From the NCBI GenBank assembly GCA_964458985.1, contig CAYWKT010000002.1:1-39201 (forward strand): a stretch of DNA of 39,201 nt, read 5' to 3'. The notes beneath the pieces are model-generated. The model made no database searches. It was not told the DNA's origin and saw only the letters and a list, made by a program, of their open reading frames with translations. This stretch comes from an uncultured Erysipelothrix sp. Lineage in GTDB: Bacteria > Bacillota_I > Bacilli_A > Erysipelotrichales > Erysipelotrichaceae. The stretch's first letter is position 1; each line of letters begins with the position of its first letter. Below, piece after piece: positions 1 to 9,818 of the stretch. Both the position numbers and the translations under genes were made by a program.

Positions 1-73
1 TATTACCACTTTTAGCGTCAATAGTCAATGCTTTAGCCTGAAATAATTGATTGGACTATAACTATAATAAACT

Positions 74-1330
74 TTATTCTTTTTCTTTATTCGTATAAAA
101 ACTTGGAATCATTTTTGTATAATTATCATACCATTTAAAAGTGTCTAAAAGCTGTCGATGCATAAACTCGACACTATCATTATTAATCGCCCAACTTTGC
201 GACGCTATGACATTAAGACTAATGTATAACTTTAATAGTGGCCAAAAGCTTGCGGGTACATCGTCATTAAAGTAGCCATCAATTTGCCCTTTCGCAAATG
301 ACTCAGATATCGATGCACTAAAGACTATTCGATTAAACTCTTCCCAAGGATCTAATATATCATAACGGTCAAAATCTATAATATATAAATCATTATCTTT
401 AATTATCATATTACTAATATGATAATCACCGTGCTGAAAAGTCATTGGTTGATCATTTATTAAATGTTTATTTTCGACAATATATTCGATTAAACAATCA
501 ATCTTATCATTACTTAAATCACTTTCTTTATATTTTTGTATAGTCCGCTCAATCTTACTTCCATAAACTTCTTTAAACGATTTTCTTTCTAACATATTAG
601 TCGACTTAACACTATGTATATCTCTCAGCATTACTCCCGCTTTATAGCCTAATTCATATTGATCGCTTAAGCTATAATTATTAATCACAGACTCTAACAT
701 CTCGCCATCAATATACTCATACGTACTTCGTATTCTCTTTTCAGTATAATCGACATTTAATAATTTAGGCATAGAGAAGTTTTTATTCGCTAACTCACTT
801 AAGACATTAGCCAAGAATAAATGATGATAGACTGATTTAGTAGAACATTCTTTGACAAAGACTTTTTGATCATTAAAATCAGCACTGTATTTAATATCAT
901 GACTAAAGCCATCAGTTATATTTTTAACATTACTAAACTTAAAATCATCAATTAATTCAATATGCGTATTGTAGAACTGTTCTTGAAAATTAATTTGATT
1001 AATAATCTCTTCTCGCGTAAACATCATATTAGCTGGTGCCGCTACTAACTTATCTTCCTCATCATTATGTCGGTGAACTATCGCAATAATTCTAACTTCA
1101 TATTCACTCACAATCTCATCAACCCCAAGTAAGTAAACATCTAGCTCCTCATTATCACCACCTAATACATTTGGAATAAATCCATAATTAATCGGATAAA
1201 GAATATGGTTATGCTTTGGATGTGGGGTTCCAATTGGCCGATCAATTCCAATCGTTACAATTTCACCTAAATATTTATGTGCTTGCTTCTTACGATCAAT
1301 AATACTCATATACTTTTCAAATTTTTGCAT
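74..1330 (-). CDS. Fusion protein: short inorganic-pyrophosphatase-like N-domain plus aminoglycoside/choline-kinase-fold phosphotransferase C-domain
   Basis: 418-aa ORF. Residues ~25-125 match the family-I PPase core (IDRPIGTPHPKH, YPINYGFIPNVLGGDNEELDVYLLGV, IIAIVHRHNDEEDKLV). Residues ~130-418 carry kinase-fold catalytic motifs HGDYHISN and IIDFDR. It starts 8 nt after the upstream chrA-like stop. Confidence 0.7.
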   Translation of the reverse strand: MQKFEKYMSIIDRKKQAHKYLGEIVTIGIDRPIGTPHPKHNHILYPINYGFIPNVLGGDNEELDVYLLGVDEIVSEYEVRIIAIVHRHNDEEDKLVAAPANMMFTREEIINQINFQEQFYNTHIELIDDFKFSNVKNITDGFSHDIKYSADFNDQKVFVKECSTKSVYHHLFLANVLSELANKNFSMPKLLNVDYTEKRIRSTYEYIDGEMLESVINNYSLSDQYELGYKAGVMLRDIHSVKSTNMLERKSFKEVYGSKIERTIQKYKESDLSNDKIDCLIEYIVENKHLINDQPMTFQHGDYHISNMIIKDNDLYIIDFDRYDILDPWEEFNRIVFSASISESFAKGQIDGYFNDDVPASFWPLLKLYISLNVIASQSWAINNDSVEFMHRQLLDTFKWYDNYTKMIPSFYTNKEKE

Positions 1331-1338
1331 AAGTCCTC

Positions 1339-1896
1339 CTATAAAACGATTAAACCTAAAATTCCACTTAAGACAATAATTAATATCGGATTAAGTTTAT
1401 ATTTCCTTAGTAAATAAATGTATAAAACTAAAAGTGCAATTTTTATTACATCAATATCAAACTGCCGAAAACTAATAATTTGGGTATCAAATAGTGCACT
1501 AATCGTTATTTTAAAAGTCGCAAAGGCAATTAAGCCGACTATCGTTGGACGTAGTCCATTCAAAACTGCATTAACTGAAGTTAAGTTTCGATACTTAAAG
1601 TATATTTTCGCTAAGATTATTACAATTATAAAACTTGGAAGGACTACTCCTAATGTCGCAACTATCCCGCCAATAAAGCCAAACCTTAAGTTTCCGACAA
1701 ACGTGCTCGCATTAACGGCAATTGGACCAGGTGTCATTTCCGAAATAACGACTAAATGTGAGAACTCGGCATATGATAGCCAATTATGTTCATTAACGAT
1801 TATTGTCTCAATTAAAGGAAGTGAAGCGACACCCCCACCGATCGTAAATAGACCAATTTGAAAAAATGCGAAAAATAGTTTAATTAACTCAATCAT
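1339..1896 (-). CDS. Chromate transporter family protein (short, half-size ChrA)
   Basis: 185 aa and polytopic. Motifs FFQIGLFTIGGGVASLPLIE and SEMTPGPIAVNASTFVG are typical of the CHR family. It is paired with a second half-size paralog, as in B. subtilis ywrA/ywrB. Confidence 0.8.
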   Translation of the reverse strand: MIELIKLFFAFFQIGLFTIGGGVASLPLIETIIVNEHNWLSYAEFSHLVVISEMTPGPIAVNASTFVGNLRFGFIGGIVATLGVVLPSFIIVIILAKIYFKYRNLTSVNAVLNGLRPTIVGLIAFATFKITISALFDTQIISFRQFDIDVIKIALLVLYIYLLRKYKLNPILIIVLSGILGLIVL

Positions 1897-2461
1897 TTTT
1901 ATTCACCTCCAACTTAATCCGATAGATTTTAGTAAAGTAAAATAGACCAACTAACCCACCAAATAAAATAATAATGATGATCTTTACATTGTATAGTGAC
2001 ATAATAATGACGAGTGTAATTATTAAAATCGAATATAATTTAAAATCTTTAATGACATCTTTCGCTAAATCATAAACTACATCAATTAAGATTGCGGCTA
2101 TCCCAATACTCATAGCTCCAAGTGCTTTAATCGCAATTGGATTTTGAATAAATGCTTCATAAAACATTGCGATAACTGAAATAATAAAAATCGGTGGCAG
2201 TATACTTCCAATTGTCGCAACGAATGCCCCTTTAATTCCTTTAACCTTATAGCCGACAATGATAGAAGTATTTACAGTTAGCGCGCCTGGTGATGATTGT
2301 GCGATTGAGACTAAATCTAACATTTCTTTTTCATCAATCCAATTTAGTTGTTTGACAAATTTCTTTTTCATTAAGGGAATAATCACAAAGCCTCCACCAA
2401 ACGTGAAGGCACTTAATATAAATGTTGATTTAAATAGTTTGAAATACATATTATCTTTCAC
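1889..2461 (-). CDS. Chromate transporter family protein (short, half-size ChrA)
   Basis: 190 aa. Motifs FTFGGGFVIIPLM and AQSSPGALTVNTSIIVG. It overlaps the downstream paralog by 8 nt. Confidence 0.8.
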   Translation of the reverse strand: MKDNMYFKLFKSTFILSAFTFGGGFVIIPLMKKKFVKQLNWIDEKEMLDLVSIAQSSPGALTVNTSIIVGYKVKGIKGAFVATIGSILPPIFIISVIAMFYEAFIQNPIAIKALGAMSIGIAAILIDVVYDLAKDVIKDFKLYSILIITLVIIMSLYNVKIIIIILFGGLVGLFYFTKIYRIKLEVNKND

Positions 2462-2471
2462 AATATCATCC

Positions 2472-3881
2472 TTAATCTTTTTTATGTTGTAAATAGAAGT
2501 AAAATTCGCTTCCTGATTTATACTTACTAATCACACCAACTTCTTGATTATGTGAGTTAATGATTCCTTTAGAAATTGATAATCCTAAACCACTCGAATG
2601 AAAATCACGTGTAAAGTTTTTATCGATCTTAAAGTAGCGATCCCAAATCGTCGACAACTCTTCTTCTTTAATGCCAATACCATTATCGATAACACTCACT
2701 TTAATTAAATCGTGCTCCTTCTTGACTCTTAAAATAATTGTCGTCGCGTCCGCATGGTTAATCGCATTTTTAATGAAGTTGTATAAAACTTGTTGGATGC
2801 GTAGCTCATCCGCTTGAACCCAATAATCTTTTAAAGCTTCGACATGAATATTAATGTCTACTTTAAAATGATCTTTAGCTTTTAGTAATAATTGATTAAT
2901 ACTGAAAATACTCATATTTAAATTCATGTTGCCTGATTCTGCAATTGATAACTCTAAAATATCATCAACGAGTAAATCTAAGTACTTAGCTTCACTTTGA
3001 ATGACTTCTAAGTGTTCTTTTAAAAGTTCAGGATTGTCTTTAGAGAAATCATTAATCATCTCTGAATAGGCTAAAATCATCGTTAGCGGTGTTTTTATAT
3101 CATGCGAAACGTTCGCAATTAAATCCATTCGTAACTGATCCATTCGTTTTAACTTCTCAGTTGCATAGTTTAAAGTTTCAGCTAAGTCAGTAAACTCATT
3201 ATATTGCTTATCACTAACGTCAAATGAAACATTAAAATTCCCAGCCGCAAGTTTTCTCGCACTCGTTGTCATGTCGATAAATGGTTTTGACATGTTTTTG
3301 GCAATAATGAGTGAGGCAATTGTCGCTAATATTAAAACGATAATTGTTAGTAAAATAAACTGGTTTTGAATTAAGATTAATCCAGCTTTCTCAGGCGTAA
3401 TTTTCGCATTAATTAAAAGTGTAAAACTACCTAAGTGCGGATTAATTTGGCGGCCAAAGACAATCATTTCACTTCCATAATCGACAAAGTAGTTAGCTTC
3501 GTGATTACTACTATTTACGATTTTTGCATAAAACTCATCATAATCAAAGCCATTTTCCTCAAAGCCACTAGCGATATAACAACTACTACCGATGCCATTA
3601 TATGGTGTTACATTACCGTAATTGTCGATAATAGCGATACATAAGGCATTATCTTGAGCTAATTGATTTAAACTACTTAAAGATTCATTATTGTAAATCA
3701 TAGTCTCGATATTGTCGGCAAATGTCTGAACGGCATTAATTTTCGCATTACGATAGTATGGAGTAACTAAACTCAACTGTAACAGCCACAACGCAATTAA
3801 AATAATTGAGGCAAATGCAGTGAAAATTGCCCATGTTCGAAAAGTAATACCTCTCGTTATTTTAAGCAGACTAGCTTTCAA
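2472..3881 (-). CDS. Sensor histidine kinase (two TM segments, extracytoplasmic loop, HAMP, HisKA, HATPase)
   Basis: 469 aa. H-box is VSHDIKTPLT, N-box NFIKNAINH and G-boxes DNGIGI / GLGLSI. TTG start with an AGGA 7 nt upstream. It overlaps the response regulator stop by 11 nt. Confidence 0.9.
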   Translation of the reverse strand: MKASLLKITRGITFRTWAIFTAFASIILIALWLLQLSLVTPYYRNAKINAVQTFADNIETMIYNNESLSSLNQLAQDNALCIAIIDNYGNVTPYNGIGSSCYIASGFEENGFDYDEFYAKIVNSSNHEANYFVDYGSEMIVFGRQINPHLGSFTLLINAKITPEKAGLILIQNQFILLTIIVLILATIASLIIAKNMSKPFIDMTTSARKLAAGNFNVSFDVSDKQYNEFTDLAETLNYATEKLKRMDQLRMDLIANVSHDIKTPLTMILAYSEMINDFSKDNPELLKEHLEVIQSEAKYLDLLVDDILELSIAESGNMNLNMSIFSINQLLLKAKDHFKVDINIHVEALKDYWVQADELRIQQVLYNFIKNAINHADATTIILRVKKEHDLIKVSVIDNGIGIKEEELSTIWDRYFKIDKNFTRDFHSSGLGLSISKGIINSHNQEVGVISKYKSGSEFYFYLQHKKD

Positions 3882-4533
3882 AGCGATATCCTAAACCACG
3901 CACAGTAACGATAAACTTACGATAGTGTTTTAAGTTGGCACGTAACATTTTAATATGCGTATCGACTGTTCGATCATCTCCAAAGTAATCATAGTTCCAA
4001 AGTTCACTTAAAAACTGTTCACGCGTGATAACTCGATTTTGATTAATGATTAAATAATGAAGTAGTTCAAACTCCTTAGGCGTTAAATGAATGACTTCAT
4101 CATCAATTTTAACGACGTGACCATCGACATCAACTTCTAAACCTTCAAACTTAAATATTTTTTTTTGATTCGACTTATTTCGCTCTAATATAACTTTAAT
4201 GCGTGCCATTAACTCTTTAGTAGAAAAAGGTTTTGTTACATAATCATCAATCCCTAACTCAAAGCCATGTAACTTATCAAACTCTTCTGCACGCGCACTT
4301 AACATTATTACTGGTGCATTTGATATCTCTTTTAACTTTGACAGTGTAGTAAAGCCATCTAATTTAGGCATCATTATGTCTAAAACGATTAAATCAATAA
4401 CATTTTGTTCAACGACCTCAATTGCTTCATAGCCATCGCTCGCCTCTAAAACACCATATCCTTCATTTATCGCATAAGTCTTAATGACATTACGAATTCT
4501 TTCCTCATCATCGACGATTAATATTTTATACAT
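3871..4533 (-). CDS. OmpR-family response regulator
   Basis: 220 aa. Receiver motifs are ILIVDDE and LIVLDIMMPKLDG. The C-terminal winged-helix region includes TVDTHIKMLR and VRGLGYRF. Confidence 0.92.
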   Translation of the reverse strand: MYKILIVDDEERIRNVIKTYAINEGYGVLEASDGYEAIEVVEQNVIDLIVLDIMMPKLDGFTTLSKLKEISNAPVIMLSARAEEFDKLHGFELGIDDYVTKPFSTKELMARIKVILERNKSNQKKIFKFEGLEVDVDGHVVKIDDEVIHLTPKEFELLHYLIINQNRVITREQFLSELWNYDYFGDDRTVDTHIKMLRANLKHYRKFIVTVRGLGYRFES

Positions 4534-4542
4534 ATAAGTCCC

Positions 4543-7500
4543 TCACTCTTCTATAAATAATTTATTAACTAAGATTGAATCATTGCGATCAATCTTTCCA
4601 GAAATTCTGATGTATTGATTAACTTTTAGTTTATCCTCAACTAACTTTAATACATTTGGCATAACGACAATATCAATACTATCTAATTCATCTACTACTT
4701 CAACAAATGCCATCATATCCCCATATTTTGTACGATGCATTTTAATTTTTGAAACGTAGACTAATAGATTACGTGTCGTTTTTAACTCTTTAACTAACTT
4801 AATACTATCACCTTTGTAGTTTTTAGTCTCTTTATACTCTAAGATTGGGTGCGTTGATAAGTAAAATCCTAAATATTCCTTTTCCATTTCTAACTCTTTG
4901 AAACGATCACTTTCATACTTAATAATTTTTGGCTTACTTACGATATCAAAATCAAGTGTTGGCTGATTTGAATCGACTTTCACTAAGTTCGCATACATTA
5001 ATGCTTGGTCTAAACTGTTAATCATCGTCGTACGATTTAATTTAAACGTATCTAAGGCTCCACTATAAATTAGTGCTTCAATGACACTTTTTGAGATTGA
5101 TAAAATATTAACTCTTGCAATAAAATCAAAGAAATCTGTATATAGTCCATTTTTTCGCTCTTCGATTATTTTACTAGCGACGATCGCGCCTACTCCTTTA
5201 ATACTCGTCAAAGGAAATAAAATACTGCTATTACTCTTAATAAATTTATGTTGACTGTAATTAACATTCGGCTCAAATATATTAATTGAGGCACGCTTAC
5301 TCTCTAACATATATTCATTCGTTTTATTTGGACTACCAATCACTCCATTTAAAAGTGCTAAGTAAAATTCTAAATAATGATTAGCTTTTAAATAAGCCAT
5401 TTGATATGCGATTAATCCATAAGCGTAACTATGCGCCTTATTAAATCCGTAATTTGAGAACTCTTCAATTAAGTCATAAACTTCGATCGCAACTTGTTTA
5501 CTATAGCCTTTTTTTAGACTACCTAAAATAAACTCTTCACGTAACTCTTTTAAGATTGAGCCATCCTTTTTACTCATCGCCTTGCGCATAATGTCAGCCT
5601 TACCTAAACTAAAGTTAGCCATTACTTGCGCTATTTGCATAATCTGTTCCTGATAGACGATAATTCCATAAGTATCACTTAAGATTGGTTTTAAACTTTC
5701 ATGAATGTATTTAACTTTATCAGGATTTTGCCTGTTTTCTAAATAAATTGGAATGTTTTTAACTGGACCTGGTCGATAAAGGGCAATTGCCGCGACAAGG
5801 TCAGTGTATTTATTCGGTTGTATATCACGAATAACTTTCGTCATTCCGTATGATTCAAGTTGAAAGATCCCTTTTGTTTCACCTTTACTTAGTAAATCAA
5901 ATGTCTTTTTATCATCTAAACGAATTTTCATAATGTCAAAATCATCTATTAACTGTTCGACTTCTTGAATTATCGCTAAATTTCTTAAACCAAGAAAGTC
6001 AATCTTATTTAGTCCTAGTTGCTCTAAATAGTTCATTGAATACTGACTTGCGTTTTCACTATCACTAATACTTGTGAGTGGGACATGTTTAACTAATGAA
6101 TTTTTAGACATAATAATTCCCGCCGCATGAAGTGATGTGTGACGTGGTAGTCCTTCGATTCGTAACGCTAACTCATACAGTTTTTTAGTCTGTTTATCTT
6201 CATTAATCATTTTTGCGAAGTTTATATTATTTTTATACGTTTGTGCGAGGTTTAAGCGTGGATTATCAATTAACTTACTTAATCGATCTAACTTATAAAC
6301 TGGAATATTTAATGATTTTCCAACATCACGTAAAGCTTGACGCGCCGCGAATGTTCCATATGTGACAATTTGTGCGACATGATCACTTCCATACTTTTCA
6401 ATTACATACTCAATTACTTCACTTCGTCGGTTATCCGGAAAATCAATATCAATATCGGGTAAGCTAATTCGCTCTGGGTTTAAAAACCTTTCAAAAAGTA
6501 GATTATTTGCGATCGGATCAATATGCGTTATTCCAAGTACATAGGCGACAAGTGATCCGGCACTACTTCCGCGTCCTGGACCAACGTACATGTTTGCCCT
6601 TCTCGCAAATAAAATAACATCATAAACGATTAAAAAGTAATCGGCATAGCCCATACTATTAATTACTTCCAACTCATATTTTAAACGATCGACGTATTCT
6701 TTACTTAAATCGTTGTTTAATCTAAGTTTTAGACCTTTTAAACATAAACTACTTAAGTAAGTACTACTGTCGACATTTAAACCATTATCATATATTGGAA
6801 GTGTCGCTTTTTCTAATGTTTTAAAATTTACATTACATTTGTTCGCAATTTCAATTGTATTTTTAATATCATCTTCACTGTAATATTTACTTATTTCTTC
6901 TAACGTTAAAAAGTAGTTTTTTTCATTTACATAGTTTTGATGATCATTAAAACTTCGATTATTTTTCATGGCGACAAATAGTCTTTTGACATCAATGTCA
7001 CTTGCATCAAAAAACTCGACTTTAGGTAGTGCGACAGTTTTGATATTTAAAGAGCTCGCAAGTAGCTTTAGATTGTCATTATCAACTTTCCATTTATTAG
7101 AATTATTGTTTGAAATACCGATATAAAAATCATTAAGTGTTTCTTTGTACAGTTGTAAGTATGCCTTAGTATTAATACGGCTATTTTCAATAATACCACC
7201 TTCACCGTAGACAATTACGACTAAGTCATTCGTATATTTTACTAACTCATCATAAGTTAAGGTAAAGTCTTCTTTACTTAATCTTGTAGCAAGTTTCATT
7301 AAAGCTAAATAGCCTTCATTATTTTTCGCATATAGTAAATACGTAATATGATCCTCATCTTCGATACTAACGCGCATACTGCATATTGGATGAATGTTTG
7401 CCTTAGAAGCAGCTTCATAAAACTCCATAAAACCGTGTAAGTTATTGAAGTCATTAATTGCCACAGCCCCATAGTTAAAAGACTTAGCTTTAGTTACAAT

Positions 7501-7566
7501 GTCTCTTGTCGACATTGTCCCATCTAAAAAAGAATAAGCACTTTTAATATCTAATAAAGCGAACAT
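4543..7566 (-). CDS. dnaE: DNA polymerase III alpha subunit, DnaE type
   Basis: 1007 aa with an N-terminal PHP domain. The polymerase core includes GPGRGSSAGSLVAYVLGITHIDP and DIDIDF, followed by a C-terminal OB-fold region. RBS is GAAAGAGGTG. The stop codon is TGA. Confidence 0.95.
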   Translation of the reverse strand: MFALLDIKSAYSFLDGTMSTRDIVTKAKSFNYGAVAINDFNNLHGFMEFYEAASKANIHPICSMRVSIEDEDHITYLLYAKNNEGYLALMKLATRLSKEDFTLTYDELVKYTNDLVVIVYGEGGIIENSRINTKAYLQLYKETLNDFYIGISNNNSNKWKVDNDNLKLLASSLNIKTVALPKVEFFDASDIDVKRLFVAMKNNRSFNDHQNYVNEKNYFLTLEEISKYYSEDDIKNTIEIANKCNVNFKTLEKATLPIYDNGLNVDSSTYLSSLCLKGLKLRLNNDLSKEYVDRLKYELEVINSMGYADYFLIVYDVILFARRANMYVGPGRGSSAGSLVAYVLGITHIDPIANNLLFERFLNPERISLPDIDIDFPDNRRSEVIEYVIEKYGSDHVAQIVTYGTFAARQALRDVGKSLNIPVYKLDRLSKLIDNPRLNLAQTYKNNINFAKMINEDKQTKKLYELALRIEGLPRHTSLHAAGIIMSKNSLVKHVPLTSISDSENASQYSMNYLEQLGLNKIDFLGLRNLAIIQEVEQLIDDFDIMKIRLDDKKTFDLLSKGETKGIFQLESYGMTKVIRDIQPNKYTDLVAAIALYRPGPVKNIPIYLENRQNPDKVKYIHESLKPILSDTYGIIVYQEQIMQIAQVMANFSLGKADIMRKAMSKKDGSILKELREEFILGSLKKGYSKQVAIEVYDLIEEFSNYGFNKAHSYAYGLIAYQMAYLKANHYLEFYLALLNGVIGSPNKTNEYMLESKRASINIFEPNVNYSQHKFIKSNSSILFPLTSIKGVGAIVASKIIEERKNGLYTDFFDFIARVNILSISKSVIEALIYSGALDTFKLNRTTMINSLDQALMYANLVKVDSNQPTLDFDIVSKPKIIKYESDRFKELEMEKEYLGFYLSTHPILEYKETKNYKGDSIKLVKELKTTRNLLVYVSKIKMHRTKYGDMMAFVEVVDELDSIDIVVMPNVLKLVEDKLKVNQYIRISGKIDRNDSILVNKLFIEE

Positions 7567-7597
7567 TTGACACCTCTTTCTTATCTCATTATACCAT

Positions 7598-7606
7598 TAA
7601 ATGGAA
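7598..7606 (-). promoter_or_regulatory. Extended -10 promoter element (TGGTATAAT) upstream of dnaE
   Basis: The minus strand reads aaTGgTATAATgag about 30 nt upstream of the dnaE ATG, just downstream of the nrnA terminator. No good -35 element is present. Confidence 0.4.
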
Positions 7607-7635
7607 ATTATTATTCCTACTCACTACGAAATCGT

Positions 7636-7670
7636 ATAAAAAAGGTAGCACTATTAAAGCACTACCTTAT
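7636..7670 (-). terminator. Rho-independent terminator after nrnA
   Basis: Minus-strand RNA is AAGGUAGUGC-UUUAAUA-GUGCUACCUU followed by UUUUUUAUACG. The stem has 7 Watson-Crick pairs plus G-U pairs. Confidence 0.55.
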
Positions 7671-7672
7671 AT

Positions 7673-8620
7673 TTAATTTATTACTTTACTTAAATCATTT
7701 AATAATGAGTTAATTGTCGTCTCATTTAATCCTTTTACACCAGATGCATGGAGGTGTCCACCACCATTATACTCTTTAGCTACTTGATTAATATTGACAT
7801 TACTCGATCGAATACTTGCACTATAGCTTCTATCATCTTGTTCGATAAATAAGACCCAAACTGAGATACCTTCGATATTACGCATTATGTTCACAAAACG
7901 CTTAACTTCTGAAACAGTTAAATTATATTCGTTTAGTAAACTTTGATTTATCTGAATGTACGCTAAGTGATCATCGACATAGTTAATTAAGTGAAATAAT
8001 TGGCTTTGAAACTTAAATAAATTTAAGTCAATTGCTCGAAGACTGTCCGACAGTTTACTTGGATTAATTTGACTTTGCATTAAGTAACTTGCGGACTCAA
8101 ATGTCTTACTACTAACTGATGTCGTAGAAAAACCTTGCGTATCGCTAATTATACCTAAGTATAGACAGTTTGCGACGTCAGTACTTAACACTTTAGAGTC
8201 GGAATACTCTTTAATAATGTCAGTTACAATTTCCGCACAACTTGCACGTTTTTCATCGACAATATTAATATCGCCATAATTATCAGTCGGAAGATGGTGA
8301 TCTATTTTCACAATTTCCTTAACTAATTTATAACGTTCATCTGATATTCTTTCAGTATTGGCCGTGTCTAATATGATTGCGAGTGCATTTTTGAAAACAT
8401 CATCACTAACCTCATGCATCTTTGGAAATAGATTTTTGTAGCCTAGTGTTTCATCACCGACAACATAAATGTTTTTATTCGGATAAGTTTCTTTTAAAAA
8501 GTAGTACATACCCCACTGTGATCCAAGTGCATCGCCATCGCCATCAGTATGGCGAAAGATGATAATATCTTCATATTTTTCAATTAAGTTAAATAACTCA
8601 TTAACCATTTTATAATCCAA
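7673..8620 (-). CDS. nrnA: DHH/DHHA1 phosphoesterase (NrnA-like oligoribonuclease / pAp phosphatase)
   Basis: 315 aa. Motifs are HTDGDGDALGS, DHH (KIDHHLPT) and DHHA1 (GGGHLHASG). Confidence 0.85.
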   Translation of the reverse strand: MDYKMVNELFNLIEKYEDIIIFRHTDGDGDALGSQWGMYYFLKETYPNKNIYVVGDETLGYKNLFPKMHEVSDDVFKNALAIILDTANTERISDERYKLVKEIVKIDHHLPTDNYGDINIVDEKRASCAEIVTDIIKEYSDSKVLSTDVANCLYLGIISDTQGFSTTSVSSKTFESASYLMQSQINPSKLSDSLRAIDLNLFKFQSQLFHLINYVDDHLAYIQINQSLLNEYNLTVSEVKRFVNIMRNIEGISVWVLFIEQDDRSYSASIRSSNVNINQVAKEYNGGGHLHASGVKGLNETTINSLLNDLSKVIN

Positions 8621-9806
8621 GAATGCGTTTAGTATCTTCAGCGATCATTAATTCTTCATCCGTTGGGATAATGAATACTTGTGTTTCTGATCCTTCTTTA
8701 GATAATTCTACTTCAACACCACGAACTGAACTATTTAATTCGTAGTCAAAGTTAATTTTTAATGCTTCAGAAACTTCACTAATTACACGAGCACGAACTC
8801 CTGAGTCATTTTCACCAATTCCAGCAGTAAAGACAATTGCATCTACTCTACCTAAGTGAACTAAGTATGATCCGATGTAGCTTGCGATTTTGTATGCATA
8901 CATATCTGAAGTTAAAACAGCACGTTCAATTCCTTCATTAGTTGCATCTTCAATAGTACGAGCATCATTTGACATACCTGAAATTCCTAACATTCCTGAT
9001 TTTTTATTGTATACTTCGATTAATTCATTGTAGTCTAATCCAGTTTTTTCAATTAAGTATGGGAATACCGCTGGATCGACATCTCCAGTACGTGTACCCA
9101 TCATAACACCTGCAAGTGGTGTGAATCCCATTGAAGTATCAATGACTTTTCCACCTTTGATTGCCGCAAGTGAAGCACCGTTTCCTAAGTGACAAACGAT
9201 AGTATTTACATCTTCAAGTGGTTTATTTAATAATTCTGCCGTTCTTGTTGCGATATATTTGTGTGAAGTACCGTGCATTCCGTATTTTCTAACTTGTAAG
9301 TCTTCATAGTATTCATAAGGTAGTGCATATAAGAATGCTTTTGGATCCATAGTTTGGTGGAAAGCTGTATCAAAGACGAACGTATGTTCTGCTTCTGGTA
9401 ATACTTTTTTGAATGCCTCATATCCAACTAAGTTTGCTGGATTATGTAATGGTGCAAGTGATGATAATGCATCAACTTTTGCGATTGCATCTTCAGTAAC
9501 TTTAACTGATTCGCTAAAGTCTTCTCCACCATGAACAACACGGTGTCCAACACCTTTAATATCATTTAAGTCTGTCAGTTCACTATATTCTAAAATGTCT
9601 TTTAGAGCTTGAGCGACTGCCGCTTCATGGTCTAAAATTTCCATTACTTCTTTATTTTTCTTACCATTAGCTTTAATTGAAACGATCGCATCTTCCATTC
9701 CGATTCTTTCAATAACTCCACTCGCTAATACTTCAAAATCATCAGCATTAAATAATTGATATTTTAATGATGAACTCCCTGCATTTACCGCTAAAATTTT
9801 ATTCAT
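8610..9806 (-). CDS. ackA: Acetate kinase
   Basis: 398 aa. Matching segments are ILAVNAGSSSLKYQLF, VGHRVVHGG, FDTAFHQTM and IVFTAGIGEN. Confidence 0.95.
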   Translation of the reverse strand: MNKILAVNAGSSSLKYQLFNADDFEVLASGVIERIGMEDAIVSIKANGKKNKEVMEILDHEAAVAQALKDILEYSELTDLNDIKGVGHRVVHGGEDFSESVKVTEDAIAKVDALSSLAPLHNPANLVGYEAFKKVLPEAEHTFVFDTAFHQTMDPKAFLYALPYEYYEDLQVRKYGMHGTSHKYIATRTAELLNKPLEDVNTIVCHLGNGASLAAIKGGKVIDTSMGFTPLAGVMMGTRTGDVDPAVFPYLIEKTGLDYNELIEVYNKKSGMLGISGMSNDARTIEDATNEGIERAVLTSDMYAYKIASYIGSYLVHLGRVDAIVFTAGIGENDSGVRARVISEVSEALKINFDYELNSSVRGVEVELSKEGSETQVFIIPTDEELMIAEDTKRILGL

Positions 9807-9818
9807 TTCTTATTCTCC

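Noticed and set aside
1-73. A possible promoter-like TTGACT/TTGACG on the minus strand at the left edge of the window.
   Set aside because: It is truncated by the window edge. No downstream gene or -10 element is visible, so no call can be supported.
4543-4545. The possibility that the organism uses the Mollicutes code (TGA = Trp), given its AT-richness and compact genes.
   Set aside because: dnaE ends at TGA exactly where the homology ends, 9 nt before the next gene's start. All Trp residues in conserved motifs that I checked are TGG. Full-length proteins are obtained with the standard code.
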